Positions 20,614 through 31,004 of a DNA stretch of 64,000 nucleotides are shown one piece after another; position 1 is the stretch's first letter; each line of letters opens with the position of its first letter. The position numbers and the translations under genes were made by a program. Source of the stretch: Candidatus Bathyarchaeota archaeon (GTDB taxonomy: Archaea > Thermoproteota > Bathyarchaeia > Bathyarchaeales > Bathycorpusculaceae); assembly GCA_963815095.1 (NCBI GenBank), contig CAWFFH010000001.1, positions 1 through 64,000 of the forward strand, given 5' to 3'. Below the pieces are notes generated by a model. It did not search any database. It saw only the letters and a program-made list of their open reading frames with translations, and was not told the origin of the DNA.

Positions 20614-20795
20614 TGCTGGACCGTTCTCGTCTACCCAAGTCACTGCAGATGGCAAAGCTGCTCAAAAACCAAAAGGTGCATGCGCGCGCTCATCTGAACT
20701 CAAACAATAAATCGTTCAAAAAATGCGTTTTTTGGCTGAACGAAAACTAATTATTGTTGAAGACGGCAACTCCCTATAGCGAGGTTTTTGTTTAT

Positions 20796-22568
20796 ATGTT
20801 TATCAAGGATCCTGTTTGTGGAATGCCTTTAGACCCATCCACAACACAGTTTACGGCGAATTTTTTATCTAAACAATATTATTTTGACAGCGAATATTGC
20901 ATGAGCAACTTCATTGAGGGCACCAAAATTGCTTACTTTTCCATGGAAATCGGCATAAACTCCGCTATGCCCACCTATAGTGGAGGACTAGGCGTTCTTG
21001 CTGGTGATGTAATTAGATCAAGTGCAGATTTGAGAATTCCATTAGTTGCATTAACCTTGCTAAGTAAAAAGGGCTATCTTAAACAGAAATTAACGTCTGA
21101 CGGTTGGCAAATGGAATTTCCTGAAGAATGGGATCCCTCAAAGTTTATGAAACTATTACCCGAAACTGCCACTGTAAAAATTTCTGGACGAGAAGTTAGA
21201 ATCGGCGTTTGGGTTTATGAGCAAGAAAGCCTAACGGGCGGAACCATTCCTGTGTTATTCCTCACAACCGATGTTGAAGGGAACAGTCAAGAAGATAGAG
21301 AAATTACAGATTCTCTTTACGGAGGAGACGAAAAATACAGGTTAAAGCAAGAAATCGTTTTGGGAATAGGCGGGTTACGTATCCTTGAGGCGCTGAAAAT
21401 TAATGTCAAGAAATACCACATGAATGAAGGCCACAGTAGTCTACTTACACTTGAACTGTTAAAGAACAATGATTTGAACGCTAATAAAGTAAAAAACCGG
21501 TGTGTTTTCACAACCCATACTCCAGTGGCAGCCGCATTTGACAAATTCTCATATGACCTTCTTTCGGAAGTTCTTGAAACAGAAGTGCCCAACGAAAGAT
21601 TGAAAGAATACGGCGGCTCTGACAAATTGAATATGACTCTTCTTGCCTTAAACCTAAGCAAATACACCAATGGCGTAACAGAAGCACATATGGAATACTC
21701 AAGGAAATTGTTTCCGGGGTATCACATTCAGGAAATAACTAACGGCGTACACTCCTACACATGGACATCCCCACACTTTAGAAAATTATTCGACAAATGT
21801 ATTCCCAGATGGGCTAATGAACCCGAACTTTTGGTAAGAGCTGACACTGTTTCTGATGAGGATTTGTGGGAAGCTCATTTGAAAGCAAAGCAGGATTTAC
21901 TTGATTTTGTTCAGACCAGTTCTGGGATACAGATGGATATCAACGCCTTAACGTTAGGATTTGCCAGGAGAGCCACAGAGTACAAGCGAGCAGCAATGAT
22001 TTTTTCAGATATTGAAAAGCTCAAAGAAGTCAACAGTCAGGGCAAAATTCAAGTGATTTTCGCTGGAAAAGCGCATCCTAAGGATGTTCTGGGGAAAAAT
22101 CTCATCAAAGAAATTTACGAGTTTAAGGACCAACTGAAGGGCGAAATCGAAATAGTCTATCTCGAAAATTACAACATGGAAATGGCTGGAAAATTGACTT
22201 CAGGTGTTGACATTTGGCTTAACACGCCTATGCCGCCGATGGAGGCTTCTGGAACAAGTGGAATGAAGGCAGCCCATAATGGTGTTATCAACTTTAGCGT
22301 TTTAGATGGATGGTGGATAGAAGGTTGCGTTGAAGGTCTCACAGGGTGGGCGATTGGGCCGTCGCCTGATCAGCCTATAAGCGATGAACAAAGAAGAAAA
22401 AGAGAAATCAATGATCTCTACAACAAGCTGGAATACATAATTATTCCAAAATTCTATCAGGAACGCGACGGTTGGATAGGCCTGATGAGAAACTCTATAG
22501 GCAAAGTCGCCTATTACTTTAATACGCATCGAATGATGCGCAGATACGCTACCGACGCCTACCTATAG
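20796..22568 (+). CDS. glgP: Alpha-glucan (glycogen/maltodextrin) phosphorylase with N-terminal YHS domain
   Basis: AYFSMEIG, YSGGLGVLAGD, HMNEGH, FARRATEYKR, EASGTSGMK (PLP Lys). N-terminus IKDPVCGM...YYFDSEYC is YHS-like. Likely ATG at 20796. Confidence 0.92.
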   Translation: MFIKDPVCGMPLDPSTTQFTANFLSKQYYFDSEYCMSNFIEGTKIAYFSMEIGINSAMPTYSGGLGVLAGDVIRSSADLRIPLVALTLLSKKGYLKQKLTSDGWQMEFPEEWDPSKFMKLLPETATVKISGREVRIGVWVYEQESLTGGTIPVLFLTTDVEGNSQEDREITDSLYGGDEKYRLKQEIVLGIGGLRILEALKINVKKYHMNEGHSSLLTLELLKNNDLNANKVKNRCVFTTHTPVAAAFDKFSYDLLSEVLETEVPNERLKEYGGSDKLNMTLLALNLSKYTNGVTEAHMEYSRKLFPGYHIQEITNGVHSYTWTSPHFRKLFDKCIPRWANEPELLVRADTVSDEDLWEAHLKAKQDLLDFVQTSSGIQMDINALTLGFARRATEYKRAAMIFSDIEKLKEVNSQGKIQVIFAGKAHPKDVLGKNLIKEIYEFKDQLKGEIEIVYLENYNMEMAGKLTSGVDIWLNTPMPPMEASGTSGMKAAHNGVINFSVLDGWWIEGCVEGLTGWAIGPSPDQPISDEQRRKREINDLYNKLEYIIIPKFYQERDGWIGLMRNSIGKVAYYFNTHRMMRRYATDAYL

Positions 22569-22611
22569 GTCAACATTTTGGTCAAACAGAAAAAAGGTAA
22601 GTGACACAAAA

Positions 22612-23934
22612 ATGGGTATTTTTAGAGCTTACGACATAAGAGGAATTTACGGTAAAGACTTGACAGAAGAAATTATGACTAAAATAGGTCAAGCAGCCGG
22701 AACCTTGTGTCCGGGCACCTTCACGGTTGGACGGGACTTCAGAGAACATGGTGCCGAACTTGAAGAGGCGTTCGTTTCGGGACTTAAAAAAACGGGTTCA
22801 AACGCTAATCAGATCGGAACCTGTCCTGCAAGTTTATGTGTTTTTGCCAACTGGAAAATGAACAACAATGCAACCGCATACATAACCGCGTCCCATCTGC
22901 CAGCAGAATGGAACGGCATCAAATTCTTCCATCAAGACGGCGTCGGCTTCTTCGAAGACGAAAACAAAAAACTCGGAGAGATAAGCAACTCAGAAAAATT
23001 CAAAACAGGCACGGGAACAACAAAAAAGCTTGAAGGAATGGACATAGAATACGCTAATTTCGTATCTGAAAAAATAAAACCAGAGAAAATAAGTGTGGTC
23101 GCTGACTTCGGAAACGGGGCCGCCTGTTTCTTAGTTCCGAAAATATTCAAGAAAATCGGTGTTAAAGCCACTTTTCTGTTTGATTGGCCCGACCCAAAAT
23201 TTTCGAACAGAGACCCTGAACCGAAACCAGAAGCGTTGACCGCTCTTTGCAAGAAGGTTGTGTCAGAGAAAGCAGATCTCGGAATAGCATTTGACGGCGA
23301 TGGCGACAGAGCCATTTTCGTTGATGATGCAAGCAAAATTATCATGACCGAGCAAAGTGCAATCCTATTCATCAGGGACATAATGAAAACTCAAAAGGGC
23401 CCTGTCGTCGCAAACATAGAATGTTCAGACATAATAGAAGATGAGGTTAAAAAATACGGGGAAAAAGTGTTTCGAGTACCAGTTGGGCATACGTTTTTGG
23501 TTCAGGAGACCAAGAAGCACAACGCTGTTTTCGGTGTTGAAAAATCGGGTCACATTTGCGTTCCAAAGTTCTTCTGGTTTGACGACGCAATAATAAATAG
23601 TGCGTACATGGTAGAAATAGTTTCCAAAATGGACCAGAAACTTTCAGACGTCATTAAAGAGTTACCCTCGAGGCTTTTCGAAAGAATCGAAATAAAGTGC
23701 TCAGACGAAACAAAGTTTCAAGTTGTCGGCAAAATAACCGAAAAGGCAATGGAAACATATCAAAACGTAGACACCATTGATGGTGTCAAAATAATTTTTC
23801 CAGATTCGTGGGCTCTAATCAGAGCATCAAACACGTCACCTATACTTCGTTTATCGATAGAGGCAAAAGAACAAAAAAGACTTGACGAACTCAAACAGGA
23901 AATGACAAAACTGATACAGAGTGTCATTGCATGA
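22612..23934 (+). CDS. Phosphoglucomutase/phosphomannomutase
   Basis: IFRAYDIRG, TASHLP, FDGDGDR, GVEKSGH, RASNTSP; stop overlaps the next start (ATGA). Confidence 0.93.
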   Translation: MGIFRAYDIRGIYGKDLTEEIMTKIGQAAGTLCPGTFTVGRDFREHGAELEEAFVSGLKKTGSNANQIGTCPASLCVFANWKMNNNATAYITASHLPAEWNGIKFFHQDGVGFFEDENKKLGEISNSEKFKTGTGTTKKLEGMDIEYANFVSEKIKPEKISVVADFGNGAACFLVPKIFKKIGVKATFLFDWPDPKFSNRDPEPKPEALTALCKKVVSEKADLGIAFDGDGDRAIFVDDASKIIMTEQSAILFIRDIMKTQKGPVVANIECSDIIEDEVKKYGEKVFRVPVGHTFLVQETKKHNAVFGVEKSGHICVPKFFWFDDAIINSAYMVEIVSKMDQKLSDVIKELPSRLFERIEIKCSDETKFQVVGKITEKAMETYQNVDTIDGVKIIFPDSWALIRASNTSPILRLSIEAKEQKRLDELKQEMTKLIQSVIA

Positions 23935-26744
23935 GTGAAGGTCTTTTAACCACGGAAGAAGCAAAAAAAGCCAATATTGATGAGTTATTAAGCAAACTTT
24001 CTGCGGGCAAGGAAGGTCTTTCTTCGCCAGAAGCAGAAAAACGACTTGCACAGTATGGTCCTAATGAAATTCAGGAGAAAAAAGTTAACCCGCTATTGAA
24101 GTTTCTTCGCTATTTTTGGGGTCCAATTCCTTGGATGATTGAAGCAGCAGTAATAATGTCCGCAGTTATCCAACGATGGCCTGATTTTGCAATAATCTTG
24201 ACATTACTAATGGTAAATGCCATCGTAGGGTCATGGCAGGAACGTAAAGCAGGCAATGCCATTGAACTGTTAAAGAAAAGACTGGCATTAAAAGCACGAG
24301 TCCTTCGCGATGGAAAATGGCAGGGAATACCGGCTGAAAAACTCGTTCCAGGAGACATTGTTCGACTCCGTTTGGGAGATATCATTCCCGCCGATGTAAA
24401 ACTAATAGATGGGGATTATCTTTTAACCGACGAATCTGCGCTTACGGGAGAGTCGCTTCCTGTTGAGAAACATCTCTCCGATGTCGGGTACGCAAGCTCG
24501 ATTGTTAAACAAGGCGAAATGAATGCACTTGTAGTAAACACTGCCGCCAAAACTTTTTTTGGCAAAACCGCTAAACTAGTGGAGCAAGCCCAAACTCCAA
24601 GTCACTTTCAAAAAGCCATCGGCAAAATAGGCGATTACCTGATTTTCTTGGCGATAGGACTCGTAATAGTGATTGTTTTAGTTTCGATTTTTCGGGGCCA
24701 AAACATCTTAGACATCATTCAATTTGCATTGATCTTAACTGTTGCGGGAATACCTGCGGCCCTTCCCGCTGTTCTCTCAGTTACGATGGCAATAGGCGCT
24801 ATAGCCCTCGCCAGAAAGGAGGCAATAGTTAGTAAATTAGTTGCAATTGAGGAAATGGCAAGCATGGATGTGCTATGTTCAGACAAAACGGGCACTATTA
24901 CCAAAAATGAGCTCACATTGGGAGGAACCAAACCTTATGATAAATTCACAGAGAATGATGTACTATTGTTCAGTGCGCTCGCTTCCAGAGAAGAAGATAA
25001 AGATCCTATCGACGAAGCAATCTTAATCAAAACCAAGAGTACGCCTTCCATCTCTGAAAGGATTGGTCGCATAAAAGTTGCCGGTTTCAAGCCGTTCGAT
25101 CCCGTTATTAAAAGATCTGAGGCGACAGTTCAAGGTGAAGACGGAAACCAGTTTAAGGTGACTAAAGGAGCGCCTCAGGCTATTTTGGCTTTGTTCGAAG
25201 ACAAGAAATCAATCAACAAAAAATTAACAGAGGACGTTAACGAATTTGCGCAGAAAGGGTACCGTGCGCTGGGTGTGGCTCGGACTGGCAATGAAAACAA
25301 GTGGCAATTTGTGGGTCTAATTGCTTTATTTGATCCACCAAGAGAAGATTCGGCTCAAACAATAAAAACCGCTCAATCGATGGGTGTCAACGTGAAAATG
25401 GTTACGGGTGACCACATCGCTATTGCCAAAGAAATTTCAAGTCAAGTAAACCTTGGAAACGATATTGTGTTGCCTGAGGCTTTTTTAAATAAGTCTGACA
25501 GCGAAGCTCAACGAGTAGTTGAAGAAGCTGAAGGCTTTGCAGAGGTCTTTCCTGAGCATAAGTACCGCATTGTTGAGCTTCTCCAGGAAGAAGACCATGT
25601 TGTTGGGATGACTGGAGATGGGGTTAATGATGCACCTGCGTTGAAGAAAGCTAATGCTGGTATTGCGGTTGAAGGCGCCACCGACGCCGCGAAATCGGCA
25701 GCCGACATAGTTCTGACCAAGCCGGGGCTTTCTGTTATAATCGATGCGATAAAAGAGAGCCGCAAAATTTTCCAGCGAATGACGAATTATTGCACCTACC
25801 GAATCGCAGAAACTATAAGGATTCTGCTTTTCATGACTTCAGCAATAGTAATTTTCCAGTTTTACCCGGTTACTGCTCTGATGCTTGTTTTGTTGGCGCT
25901 TTTAAATGACCTGCCGATAATGACCATAGCATATGACAACGTGAAATATTCAGATAAACCTGAGAAATGGGATATGCGATCTTTGTTGGGAATTGCGACG
26001 TTTCTTGGGGTAATCGGGGTTTTCTCAACTTTCGGAATTCTCTATATCGGATTAATTGTTCTGAAGTTAAACCCACTTATTCTACAGTCTTTCATATATC
26101 TCAAGCTTTCAGTTGCAGGGCACCTAACTGTGTTTGTTGCGAGAACTAAGGGTCACTTTTGGTCAGTTAAACCGGCAAAGCCTCTTCTATTTGCGGTAAT
26201 AGCTACTCAACTTGTAGCCACAATAATTACTGTGTACGGTATTTTGCTTCCCGCCATGGGCTGGTGGCTAGCCGCACTCGTGTGGAGTTATGCGTTGTTG
26301 CTATTTGTCATGACGGACTTTGCCAAAGTACGACTTTACAAGATACTAGATCGCGAGGGCAAAAAAGTTGAAAGAAACGAGGCCGTAAACGCCCTCAGAA
26401 CGGTAACACCCGACAAGGCCTTCACTTTCTACAGGGGTTACGGGCAACCTCTCGGTATCGCCTCAAAAAGCTTGGACGAACTTGCCGCTAGCATTAAGAC
26501 TATCGAATCATCTTCAGTAAAATTTCACGTTGAAGAGGGAGACTTTGAAAACTGGTTCACGATGCTGAGAGACAAATCACTAGCGGGTCAGGTCGCCGCG
26601 CTACGCGGCAAGGACATCTCTTCTGATAAGCTAAAGGAAAAGGTGAGTTCGATACTCAACAAGCGCGTCGGTCAGTTACACAAGATCGCCAATTCGAAGG
26701 GAAGCGCCGCGCAAATGCCCCATTCAAGACATGTTAAGTCTTGA
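23931..26744 (+). CDS. P3A proton-efflux P-type ATPase, copy 2, with C-terminal DUF5752-like domain
   Basis: IPAALPAV, DKTGT, TGDGVNDAPALKKA, YRIAET, LLNDLP; extra C-terminal domain LRTVTPDKAFTFY...SVKFHVEEGDFENWF. Confidence 0.95.
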   Translation: MSEGLLTTEEAKKANIDELLSKLSAGKEGLSSPEAEKRLAQYGPNEIQEKKVNPLLKFLRYFWGPIPWMIEAAVIMSAVIQRWPDFAIILTLLMVNAIVGSWQERKAGNAIELLKKRLALKARVLRDGKWQGIPAEKLVPGDIVRLRLGDIIPADVKLIDGDYLLTDESALTGESLPVEKHLSDVGYASSIVKQGEMNALVVNTAAKTFFGKTAKLVEQAQTPSHFQKAIGKIGDYLIFLAIGLVIVIVLVSIFRGQNILDIIQFALILTVAGIPAALPAVLSVTMAIGAIALARKEAIVSKLVAIEEMASMDVLCSDKTGTITKNELTLGGTKPYDKFTENDVLLFSALASREEDKDPIDEAILIKTKSTPSISERIGRIKVAGFKPFDPVIKRSEATVQGEDGNQFKVTKGAPQAILALFEDKKSINKKLTEDVNEFAQKGYRALGVARTGNENKWQFVGLIALFDPPREDSAQTIKTAQSMGVNVKMVTGDHIAIAKEISSQVNLGNDIVLPEAFLNKSDSEAQRVVEEAEGFAEVFPEHKYRIVELLQEEDHVVGMTGDGVNDAPALKKANAGIAVEGATDAAKSAADIVLTKPGLSVIIDAIKESRKIFQRMTNYCTYRIAETIRILLFMTSAIVIFQFYPVTALMLVLLALLNDLPIMTIAYDNVKYSDKPEKWDMRSLLGIATFLGVIGVFSTFGILYIGLIVLKLNPLILQSFIYLKLSVAGHLTVFVARTKGHFWSVKPAKPLLFAVIATQLVATIITVYGILLPAMGWWLAALVWSYALLLFVMTDFAKVRLYKILDREGKKVERNEAVNALRTVTPDKAFTFYRGYGQPLGIASKSLDELAASIKTIESSSVKFHVEEGDFENWFTMLRDKSLAGQVAALRGKDISSDKLKEKVSSILNKRVGQLHKIANSKGSAAQMPHSRHVKS

Positions 26745-26832
26745 GCTAGATGGATCTTTGCCTCAAGACTCAGGTGTTTAGGTTAAGCATGATTATTCAA
26801 AATTCGATTGATATACTGTAATCAAGATAAAA

Positions 26833-27657
26833 GTGATAGAAAAAATGTCCCATTCTGAATCCGAGGAAAAACAAAAGAAACGGTTATTGGAATCGTTAAA
26901 AACGATCGCGGAATTTGAGGTCCCCTGGAAAAAGGATTTTGACGATCCTAAGCTTGAATTTAGACGACTATTCTCAGAGACTCTGGGAACATTTTTTCTT
27001 GTCTTGGTCGCTGTCGGCGGAAATGTAGTTTATCTTATGAATCCTGGATCAATTAGCCCCATTACTGGTGTCATAGGGCCAGGTCTGATGGTAATGGTGA
27101 TTATTCTGTTCATGGGAAATGTTTCTGGAGCGCATTTGAATCCGGTTGTAAGTATAGCTTTTGCCGTTCGAGGTGACTTCCCGTGGCGTAGAGTTCCAGG
27201 GTACATAATCGCGCAATTGATTGGATCGGTTATTGCATGTTTATTTTTATTTTCTACGTTTGGTAAAATAGGTACATTTGGAGCAACTCTGCCCGGAACT
27301 GGAATAAATGATTTTCAGGCATTGTTAATTGAGATTATACTCACTGTTGGTTTGGTAAGCACGATTTTGGGCACTGCATCAAAAGCTCAGAATGTGGGTC
27401 CGCTCTCAGCTATTGCCGTTGGCGGTTACATAATACTCGCAGGGCTTTGGGCGAGTCCTATAAGTGGTGCGTCGATGAATCCAGCACGGTCTTTTGGTCC
27501 CCCATTAGTATTGCTGAATTTTGATCATTTCTGGTTGTATGTTTTGGGACCTATTATTGGCGGATTAATTGCAGTTGGGTTCGCCTATATTCTACGGGGA
27601 CGAGGTGGCGATATTGGGGGAATTAAAGCTGCTCAAGGAACTCTTGATGAGACTTAA
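26833..27657 (+). CDS. MIP/aquaporin family channel
   Basis: SGAHLNPV and GASMNPARSFGP; six TM segments. Confidence 0.93.
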   Translation: MIEKMSHSESEEKQKKRLLESLKTIAEFEVPWKKDFDDPKLEFRRLFSETLGTFFLVLVAVGGNVVYLMNPGSISPITGVIGPGLMVMVIILFMGNVSGAHLNPVVSIAFAVRGDFPWRRVPGYIIAQLIGSVIACLFLFSTFGKIGTFGATLPGTGINDFQALLIEIILTVGLVSTILGTASKAQNVGPLSAIAVGGYIILAGLWASPISGASMNPARSFGPPLVLLNFDHFWLYVLGPIIGGLIAVGFAYILRGRGGDIGGIKAAQGTLDET

Positions 27658-27683
27658 TCATTGGAATAGTAGTTGTCTACCTT

Positions 27684-28067
27684 ATGACTGTTCGTTTGAT
27701 CGCAAAAATTTTCGATAGAACAATTTCTGAATGCCGATTTCTTGCCAGCACCATGAATAGCAAAAATTCCAACGCAGAAAAACAAATAAGAACCAACAAA
27801 GTATGCAATATGAGAAGATCTCTTTTGAACGTAAAAATACTGTTGATAGCAGCTTTAATTGTAACAGCCATTATTGGAGTTTATGGCATAGAATTGGGCA
27901 TTCGTGTATCAACAGGTAACGGACGCTTCGAAATCTTAGGTGTAGTAGTAATATTATTAGTGGTGTTGTTTTTTGCTGATTTGATATTGTTGGCTGAACA
28001 CATAAAAACGAACAAAGGAAAATTTTCGAAGAGTATCTTAAGTAAGGATAAGAGTAAGTTGTCCTAA
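27684..28067 (+). CDS. Small 2-TM hypothetical protein (start probably later than annotated)
   Basis: Two hydrophobic segments in the C-terminal half. Confidence 0.45.
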   Translation: MTVRLIAKIFDRTISECRFLASTMNSKNSNAEKQIRTNKVCNMRRSLLNVKILLIAALIVTAIIGVYGIELGIRVSTGNGRFEILGVVVILLVVLFFADLILLAEHIKTNKGKFSKSILSKDKSKLS

Positions 28068-28180
28068 AAACCTACTGAGATGAAAAGTCGTCACTCCAAC
28101 CAATGTTAGTCGATTCGGCTCAGAAAAATCGCCGCGTTTATTGAAAAGATAATTACGGTAGGATTGTAAGACTAAACTAT

Positions 28181-28594
28181 TTACTGACGCTCTACAAGGG
28201 CTTCCCAGATATCCTCGGCTAAAGTTTTATTAGACAATTGGCGAAAAACGTCAGATGCAATTAAAATCCCTGCCACGCCGCCATTCTCAGTGACTGGAAG
28301 TCGTCTTATTCTCTGTTCGACCATAATTCTGGCAGCTTTTTTCAAAGTAACATCTGCATCAATTGTTATGAGAGGTGATGACATAACTTCTGAGACTGGA
28401 ACAGTGTGAGGTAAGTTATTTGCAATGACTCTTATAACTAGGTCCCTCTCAGTTATTATTCCAATAGTAATTTTACCGTCAACAATCAGTAAACTGCCTC
28501 TGTCCGAGGATTTCATGAGGTTTGCTGCTTCCAAGACTGTCTGATTCGGGCATATATTGACGACAGATTTCATTAATTCTTTAACTGTTCGCAT
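28181..28594 (-). CDS. CBS domain pair protein (paralog of 10468..10914)
   Basis: GIITERDL, VMSSPLITI, RIRRLPVTE. Confidence 0.9.
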   Translation of the reverse strand: MRTVKELMKSVVNICPNQTVLEAANLMKSSDRGSLLIVDGKITIGIITERDLVIRVIANNLPHTVPVSEVMSSPLITIDADVTLKKAARIMVEQRIRRLPVTENGGVAGILIASDVFRQLSNKTLAEDIWEALVERQ

Positions 28595-28728
28595 AGTCTT
28601 TATAATAAACTAAGTGAACAAAAAAGGTTTCCAAAATACATAACAGCTTACACAACAATGCGAGTTTGGTTACGGACCTTCATATTGATCAAGAACTAAA
28701 AGGAACTAAAGAATTTAATGCTGTTTTG

Positions 28729-29070
28729 TTATAGTCCCCAGCTTTGTGCGGCGGTTTGATGTGGCGGTTCTTTTTCAGTTTTCTCTTTTTTCTTATTGGT
28801 ATCCTTGAACCTGTTTATCTTTACGGTTGACCCTTCAACGGAGACCCAGTGAGTGACGTTTAGGTCTCGATGGTAAACAAACTTGTTTACGATATGTCGC
28901 AGTTCAGGTAGTGATACTTTTTCCGAATTCACTCTCAACTTGTTCCCCTTTTGGGAAATGGAGACTTTAAGATGTAATTGAAGAAAGTTTGCCAGGTTTT
29001 CTTTTTCGTTTTGCAAATCGCCTAAGTCAACTTGGAGATCCACTTGAGGTTTATCGTGTTTAAAGAGCAA
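28729..29070 (-). CDS. Divergent ribosomal protein eL22 (L22e)-like protein
   Basis: LANFLQLHLKVSISQKGNKLRVNSEK..LRHIVNKFVYHRDL...WVSVEGSTVKINRF parallels eL22 (FEQFLQERIKV...KITVTSE...LKYLTKKYLKKNNL...VVA...YELRYF); by-eye alignment only. Confidence 0.5.
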   Translation of the reverse strand: MLFKHDKPQVDLQVDLGDLQNEKENLANFLQLHLKVSISQKGNKLRVNSEKVSLPELRHIVNKFVYHRDLNVTHWVSVEGSTVKINRFKDTNKKKEKTEKEPPHQTAAQSWGL

Positions 29071-29203
29071 AAGTATTCCCCAAAAAATATTCCCTTCAGA
29101 TATTAAAAAAGTTTTAGTAACACGTCATTGGAAGAACCACATTGGCAAAAAATCGGGTTCATCCATAAATAGAAAAAGAGTCAATCGAATCAAGGGACTG
29201 GTT

Positions 29204-29683
29204 TTAGACCCTTCGTTCCGCATCCGACCGCTTGCGATACCGTTTTCTTTTAGCTCTATTCCTCAATTCTTTCACTTGAGTTTTTTCCTTTTCAACTCTC
29301 CGCTTTACTTTAATTTCTTGAATTTTCTCCATTTCAGCTTTTGAAATCAATTGTTTCAATTTTTCAACGAGTTTCTCAGAATCTTCTTTTCGTTCAAGCG
29401 GAATTATAATGCTGCGTTGATAAGAGAGTTCTACATTGATTTTTCCGATCTCGTCCATATGCACTGAACTTATTTCGCTTATGGGTATGTGCAAAGGAAC
29501 AAATATGCCGAGAACCCTACCAATTGTCTCTTTGAGAATCGGTTTATTTTCTAGTGCTTCTTCAATTTCATTTTTTAAGTTTCCTTTTAAATCAATTTTT
29601 AATAGATTATTGTTTAACCTAATTGTGAAATGGGGATCCTCAACCTTAAATGCCAAGTTTGTTCCAACCATTTTTATCAACAC
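29204..29683 (-). CDS. Hypothetical protein, PH-like core with basic coiled-coil tail
   Basis: IPISEISSVHMD...IIIPLERKEDSEKLVEKL; K/R-rich C-terminus. Confidence 0.55.
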   Translation of the reverse strand: MLIKMVGTNLAFKVEDPHFTIRLNNNLLKIDLKGNLKNEIEEALENKPILKETIGRVLGIFVPLHIPISEISSVHMDEIGKINVELSYQRSIIIPLERKEDSEKLVEKLKQLISKAEMEKIQEIKVKRRVEKEKTQVKELRNRAKRKRYRKRSDAERRV

Positions 29684-29818
29684 GTGTCAGCTTTAAAAGA
29701 AGAACAATGAACACTTTATACTTAATGCATAGTTGTGTTTATCCACACTATTCCGCAAGAAAATTGGCTTAAAGAAAAATAATTTATAATATCAATCACA
29801 TTGTAGATCCAGATAATA

Positions 29819-31004
29819 ATGAATGTTGATCAGCGGAAGATTGCAAACATACATGATTTCTACTTAGACTTTGAAATAATGTCAAACCAACTGTCAAGTC
29901 TCAAATCCAAAATGCCTTCCGGCTTAATTATCCCAATTTTTGAAAATGACATAAGAAGTCCAGGATTAATCAAGATTGTTCACGAAATAAATCAGTGCGA
30001 TTATCTAAGTAAGGTTTTTATTGCTCTCTCAGCCAAAACCGCCTCAGATTATGAAGAAGCTCTGCGGTTAAGTAGATCTTTCAAGGTTCCCTGCGAAGTA
30101 GTTTGGTGTAATAAACCCGAAGTGATTACTGTTTTGGAAGAGCTTAAAAGAAAAGGTCTCGATGTTACCCAGATGTCTGGAAAAGGCAAAGACGTATGGA
30201 TGACAATTGGTATTGCCTCCCTCGAGCTTTTTGCTTTTGCTGTGCACGATGCTGATATTGTTTCCTACACCAAAATGTTACCCACCAAAATGTTATATCC
30301 AATTATTGAACCTAAACTCGACTTCTTTTTCTGTAAAGGCTATTATGCACGAATTAATGCTGATAACAAAAAGTTGTATGGGCGGATACATAGATTATTC
30401 ATAAATCCGTTGCTAGAGGTTCTTCAGGAAAAACTTCGTTATTCGAGATTTCTAACATATTTGCAGTCCTTTAGTTATCCATTAGCAGGAGAAATTTCAG
30501 TTTATAGCGACTTAGCTACGCATCTTAGAGTACCCTGCGATTGGGGCCTTGAATTGGGATTACTTTCTGAGGTTTACAGGAACGCATCTTACGGTCGCGT
30601 CTGCCAAATTGACCTTGGATTCTATGATCATCGACACAAAAAGATTGAGGCAGACAGTCTACTGAAAACTGCTGAAGACAGTTTTATTACTTTGTTAAGA
30701 ACTTTAACTGAAACAGAAAACATAGATGTTTCTGAACCTTTCCTGACGAGTCTTCAAGTAGCATATCAGGCGGCTGGCTCAAGATAAAATAAGGCAGTAT
30801 CATGCTGATGCTACCTGTAACAATCTTGATTTTGATAGGCACGAAGAAGAAGTCAATGTCGATTCGTTATGCTCAGTTATAATTACAGGTGGAAGAAAAT
30901 ATTTAGCTAATCCTGTGAGAACTCAATTGCCAGACTGGTTACGAACTATGTCTGCCATGCCAAATATTAGGGAAAGGCTCAGGGAAGAAGCTATTGAACA
31001 ATAA
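29819..31004 (+). CDS. gpgS: Glucosyl-3-phosphoglycerate synthase (frameshift near 30767)
   Basis: GKGKDVW, VHDADI, FCKGYYAR, YGRIHRLFINPL, YPLAGE, DWGLELG, YDHRH. Continues in another frame as RRLAQDKIRQYHADA...DRHEEE...LPDW to TAA at 31004. Confidence 0.85.

Noticed and set aside
26833-27657. NPV variant of the first aquaporin NPA motif as a novelty
   Set aside because: Such substitutions are common in MIP subfamilies, and substrate cannot be inferred by eye.
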